Source of the DNA: a virus
Lineage: Duplodnaviria > Caudoviricetes
IMG/VR virus record: IMGVR_UViG_3300030376_003411
Coordinates: 1 to 29,755 of that record
DNA: 29,755 nt
Strand: one strand, 5' to 3'
The position numbers and the translations under genes were made by a program. Below are positions 27,131 to 29,755 of this stretch, in pieces (the stretch's first letter is position 1; the number at the start of each line of letters is the position of its first letter). The notes under the pieces were generated by a model. That model worked only from the letters and a program-made list of their open reading frames with translations, was not told the DNA's origin and made no database searches.

Positions 27131-28240
27131 ATGGCAACTCCCAGTTCAGGAAGTCCAATATCTTTTACTGATATAGAGAATGAATTTGGTCAAGCAACTG
27201 TAAGATCAATAGGATCTTATGTTGACACATGGGATTATGGAGACTATGAAGCTCCATTAGATAGAGGTCCAAATGGTGGAACCTCAACTCCTACTGTTAA
27301 AAGTGATGTTAAATTTAGTGATTTTTACAGTCGAGAATTAAATATAGTAACTGATTTTTATACTGGATCTGCGGTAAATCGGCAAAATGCTAAGACTAGA
27401 TATAGTGAAGATTCTGATGTGGTCGGCCCAGCTGGATCTGATTATGGAAATGGTAGTGTAAGTCCACCTTCTAATGGTGGAGGTAAAAGAGTTACTATTA
27501 GTATTAATAAAGATATTGGATCTGAGGGAACTACGGATAGTGGTGCTGGTGATGCTGGTGAGCAAAAAGTTGCATTAAAAACTGGAGATGGATGGTCTGC
27601 TGGTACAGAATTATTCATTCATGTTGGAAATAATGGTTATATTTCGGGTGCTGGTGGTGATGGTGGTGCTGGTCATGGATCTGAGGGAACAGCTGAGGCA
27701 GGAGGTAATGCCACTTCTGCATTAGGTATTCAATGGGAAGGAACTGTTGTAACCGCAATTAATAATGGAAAGATAACTCACGGATATCCTGGCGGCGGTG
27801 GCGGCGGTGGTGCTTGGGCTGAACGTGAAGAAAGATGGAGAGGCCCAACAAGAAGCACTGGTGGCGGCGGTGGCGGCGGCGGTGCTGGCATACCTGCTGG
27901 AGCTGCTGGTAGTAATGGTACGGCAGGTAGTAGAACTAGTGGTGGAAATGGTGGTGAAGGTGGATATTCATCTGGTGAGGGATATTGGGTATCAGGTGGT
28001 GATGGTGGTATAGGTGGTGATGCTGAACAATCCGCAACCAGTGGTAATGGTGGATCTGCTGGTGGACGAACGGAAGATACTGAAACAGCAGGTGGTGGAA
28101 CCGCAGGTCAAGGAGCAGGTGCCGCAATTCGTAAGACCAGTGGTTCTATATCGTGGACTTTTGGAACTGGTCATGTGACCAATAATGTAGTTGGTGAAGG
28201 TAAGGACGGAAGTTCTGAGTCACCGACTGGAGTTTCATAA
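27131..28240 (+). CDS. Glycine-rich receptor-binding adhesin, gp38-like polyglycine type (369 aa)
   Basis: N-terminal SSGSPISFTDIENEFG...KFSDFY module, then Gly-rich motifs (GYISGAGGDGGAG, INNGKI..GYPGGGGGGG, GGGGGGGGAG) separated by polar/aromatic loops. Last gene of the fibre cluster. Confidence 0.7.
   Translation: MATPSSGSPISFTDIENEFGQATVRSIGSYVDTWDYGDYEAPLDRGPNGGTSTPTVKSDVKFSDFYSRELNIVTDFYTGSAVNRQNAKTRYSEDSDVVGPAGSDYGNGSVSPPSNGGGKRVTISINKDIGSEGTTDSGAGDAGEQKVALKTGDGWSAGTELFIHVGNNGYISGAGGDGGAGHGSEGTAEAGGNATSALGIQWEGTVVTAINNGKITHGYPGGGGGGGAWAEREERWRGPTRSTGGGGGGGGAGIPAGAAGSNGTAGSRTSGGNGGEGGYSSGEGYWVSGGDGGIGGDAEQSATSGNGGSAGGRTEDTETAGGGTAGQGAGAAIRKTSGSISWTFGTGHVTNNVVGEGKDGSSESPTGVS
27790..27879 (+). 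repeat. 18-bp GC-rich direct repeat TGGCGGCGGTGGCGGCGG, 72 nt apart
   Basis: Copies at 27790-27807 and 27862-27879 encode the two polyglycine runs flanking the loop AWAEREERWRGPTRST. Confidence 0.85.
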
Positions 28241-28293
28241 TTCTATACATACCTTTGTATGGTTTGTACGGGGAGCTCTATAATTTTTTAAAG

Positions 28294-28350
28294 GGACAAT
28301 TTAAGAACTGGTTCACCCACCTTGCATTTGATTGTAGGGTGGGTTATAAT
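28294..28350 (+). promoter_or_regulatory. Sigma70-type early promoter with two inverted-repeat elements
   Basis: TTGCAT (28322-28327), 17 bp, TATAAT (28345-28350). Perfect inverted repeat ACCCACC (28315-28321) / GGTGGGT (28338-28344). Imperfect dyad GGACAATT-TAAG-AACTGGTT at 28294-28313. Confidence 0.8.
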
Positions 28351-28378
28351 ATGCCTATAAATCACACAGAGTTTTATC

Positions 28379-29512
28379 ATGGGAGCTGGTAATCAAAAAG
28401 ATCATTGGCATCAAGATGCTGGTGAAAAGTATATTGTCTTTAAATTACAGGAACTTGCGGTTAATAATGGCACTGCTTTGACGGACACTTTTGAGCATAA
28501 CAGGTTAGATTTTGAAAATCAATGCACATTATTAGGCATTACAGAGTCATTTAAGAAAACTATCTATTGCACTAATGTTGATAAGTGGGCAGAACCTGTT
28601 TATAACGATTATGTTTCATTATATCCTAATGAAAAGTTTGATTTTGTAAATGTAGAAAAAGAATATCGTGATAAGGGGTTAAAGGGAGATTATATTCTTC
28701 AGTTTGAGGATCGTGAGGTTTCTCAAGGATTAAAGAATCAGAAAGACCACACTAAAGCACAGATGTGTTCTGGAACTTGGAACTCTTTACTTAATAATTT
28801 CCTATTTGATAGTGCAGGGAGTGGAATGTTTTATGTACCTAATAAGAAAACAAGATGGAAAGGAAGCACTGTTAGGAAGAGGGATTTATTTGTAAAGCAA
28901 GAGGGATATGGGGAACTACTTCCCATTTATCATCGCATGGATGATATTAATGCGAAAGTTAAGAAGTTTTATGTTTATGGTGAAGAAGCACGTTTTCATT
29001 ATAATATTGAACAACAATTAGATGATGATCGTAAAACCTATGGTAAAGAGATTTCATCATTAATGGTAGAAGCACTTGATATTATTGGAAATGATAAGGT
29101 TACTAAAAGAGTTAAGAAGATGACTGGTCTTGATGCAGCAGAAGAATTATTAATTCTTAGTCCTAAAGGTTATCTTTTATCTTTAACTAACCCTAACTAT
29201 ATGAATATGCTTAAGAGAGTAAATTCAGAAGATGCAAAACTTTCTTATGAAGTAAATGGTCAGTCAATTAAATTTACTTTCTCTGATAGTCAAGGAGATA
29301 TTATTTCTTGGAACATACCATTTACATTTAATATCAATGGTTGTTGGTGGGGTAATCAAAAGGGAGTAGAACCATGGGAGGGTCAGAGAAAATATCCTGG
29401 TACACGTAAAGATGCTGGAACTCCTTTATACTATAAAGAACGTAGACCTCAAAAAAGTAAGGAGTTTGCTACTTCTATCAACACACACATTGATTTTAAA
29501 TCTATATTATAG
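28379..29512 (+). CDS. Hypothetical protein, candidate PD-(D/E)xK restriction-type endonuclease (377 aa)
   Basis: Charged, non-fibre composition. N-terminal helix Glu (DAGEKY) and KGDYILQFEDREVSQGLK resemble a degenerate PD...(S/G)xK core. Lies immediately upstream of a DNA methyltransferase. Function is inferred. Confidence 0.5.
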   Translation: MGAGNQKDHWHQDAGEKYIVFKLQELAVNNGTALTDTFEHNRLDFENQCTLLGITESFKKTIYCTNVDKWAEPVYNDYVSLYPNEKFDFVNVEKEYRDKGLKGDYILQFEDREVSQGLKNQKDHTKAQMCSGTWNSLLNNFLFDSAGSGMFYVPNKKTRWKGSTVRKRDLFVKQEGYGELLPIYHRMDDINAKVKKFYVYGEEARFHYNIEQQLDDDRKTYGKEISSLMVEALDIIGNDKVTKRVKKMTGLDAAEELLILSPKGYLLSLTNPNYMNMLKRVNSEDAKLSYEVNGQSIKFTFSDSQGDIISWNIPFTFNINGCWWGNQKGVEPWEGQRKYPGTRKDAGTPLYYKERRPQKSKEFATSINTHIDFKSIL

Positions 29513-29518
29513 TAGAAT
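29490..29518 (+). promoter_or_regulatory. Sigma70-type promoter for the methyltransferase (probably leaderless transcript)
   Basis: TTGATT (29490-29495), 17 bp, TAGAAT (29513-29518). Only 7 nt separate it from the ATG at 29526 and there is no SD. The region is very AT-rich, so a chance match is possible. Confidence 0.5.
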
Positions 29519-29525
29519 ATATAAT

Positions 29526-29755
29526 ATGAAATTTGATGTAGTTGCTACTAACCCACCATTTCAGGATTCTACCAATAGAAAGAAGACACAACACAAGTTG
29601 TGGATTAACTTTACCAGAGAGACATTTAGTAAATGGTTAAAACCTGAGGGATTACTCCTTCAGGTTTCTCCTAGTAGTTTCCTATCTCCATCTAGTAAAG
29701 TATTAAAGATATTTCAGGAGAAGATTGTCGAGTTCTTACGATTAGATATTAAGGG
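29526..29755 (+). CDS. DNA amino-methyltransferase (probably N6-adenine, Eco57I/TaqI-like catalytic region), 3'-truncated; not in ORF track
   Basis: MKFDVVATNPPFQDSTNRKKTQHKLWINFTRETFSKWLKPEGLLLQVSPSSFL...: motif IV NPPF, then LW..F and LKPEG.L..V.P motifs. Open to the window end. Confidence 0.85.
   Translation, partial: MKFDVVATNPPFQDSTNRKKTQHKLWINFTRETFSKWLKPEGLLLQVSPSSFLSPSSKVLKIFQEKIVEFLRLDIK

Noticed and set aside
655-28174. Numerous 60-125 aa minus-strand and alternate-frame ORFs in the track
   Set aside because: All lie within long + strand genes, lack RBS or promoter support, and have the Ile/Thr/Ser/His-rich composition expected from shadow frames of Gly/Thr/Val-rich genes.
28799-28831. 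FLFDSAGSGMF in the 377-aa protein as the missing SAM-binding motif I
   Set aside because: It resembles (D/E)PxxGxGxF but the acidic residue and Pro are misplaced, and no other MTase motifs are evident nearby. Worth rechecking only if structure prediction shows a Rossmann fold.
29481-29489. ACACACACA microsatellite near the 3' end of the 377-aa gene
   Set aside because: Too short to imply phase variation and explained by the N-T-H codons.

Overview
AT-rich, densely packed window in which every credible gene is on the + strand. It reads as the baseplate-hub and tail-fibre region of a large T4-like marine myophage, most like the T4-like cyanophages; this is inferred from gene order, protein motifs and T4-type late promoters, with no database search. 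Gene order: two Gly-zipper/amphipathic hub or tape-measure-like proteins (the first truncated); a gp27-like hub; gp5 apparently split into an OB-fold gene, a 575-aa middle gene and a short spike-like gene; then a ~22 kb run of fibre/appendage genes (1126, 654, 1059, 783, 1855 and 619 aa). A complete subtilisin-family (S8) protease sits inside that run, two fibres end in S74-type autocleaving chaperones, and the run ends in a polyglycine gp38-like adhesin. A three-gene island with its own sigma70 and late promoters interrupts the run and includes a 42-aa ORF missing from the ORF track. The window ends with a palindrome-decorated sigma70 promoter, a candidate PD-(D/E)xK nuclease and the start of an NPPF amino-methyltransferase (also missing from the track), a possible phage restriction-modification pair. 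I saw no tRNA, rRNA, CRISPR array, integrase or transposase. All counts and alignments were done by eye.
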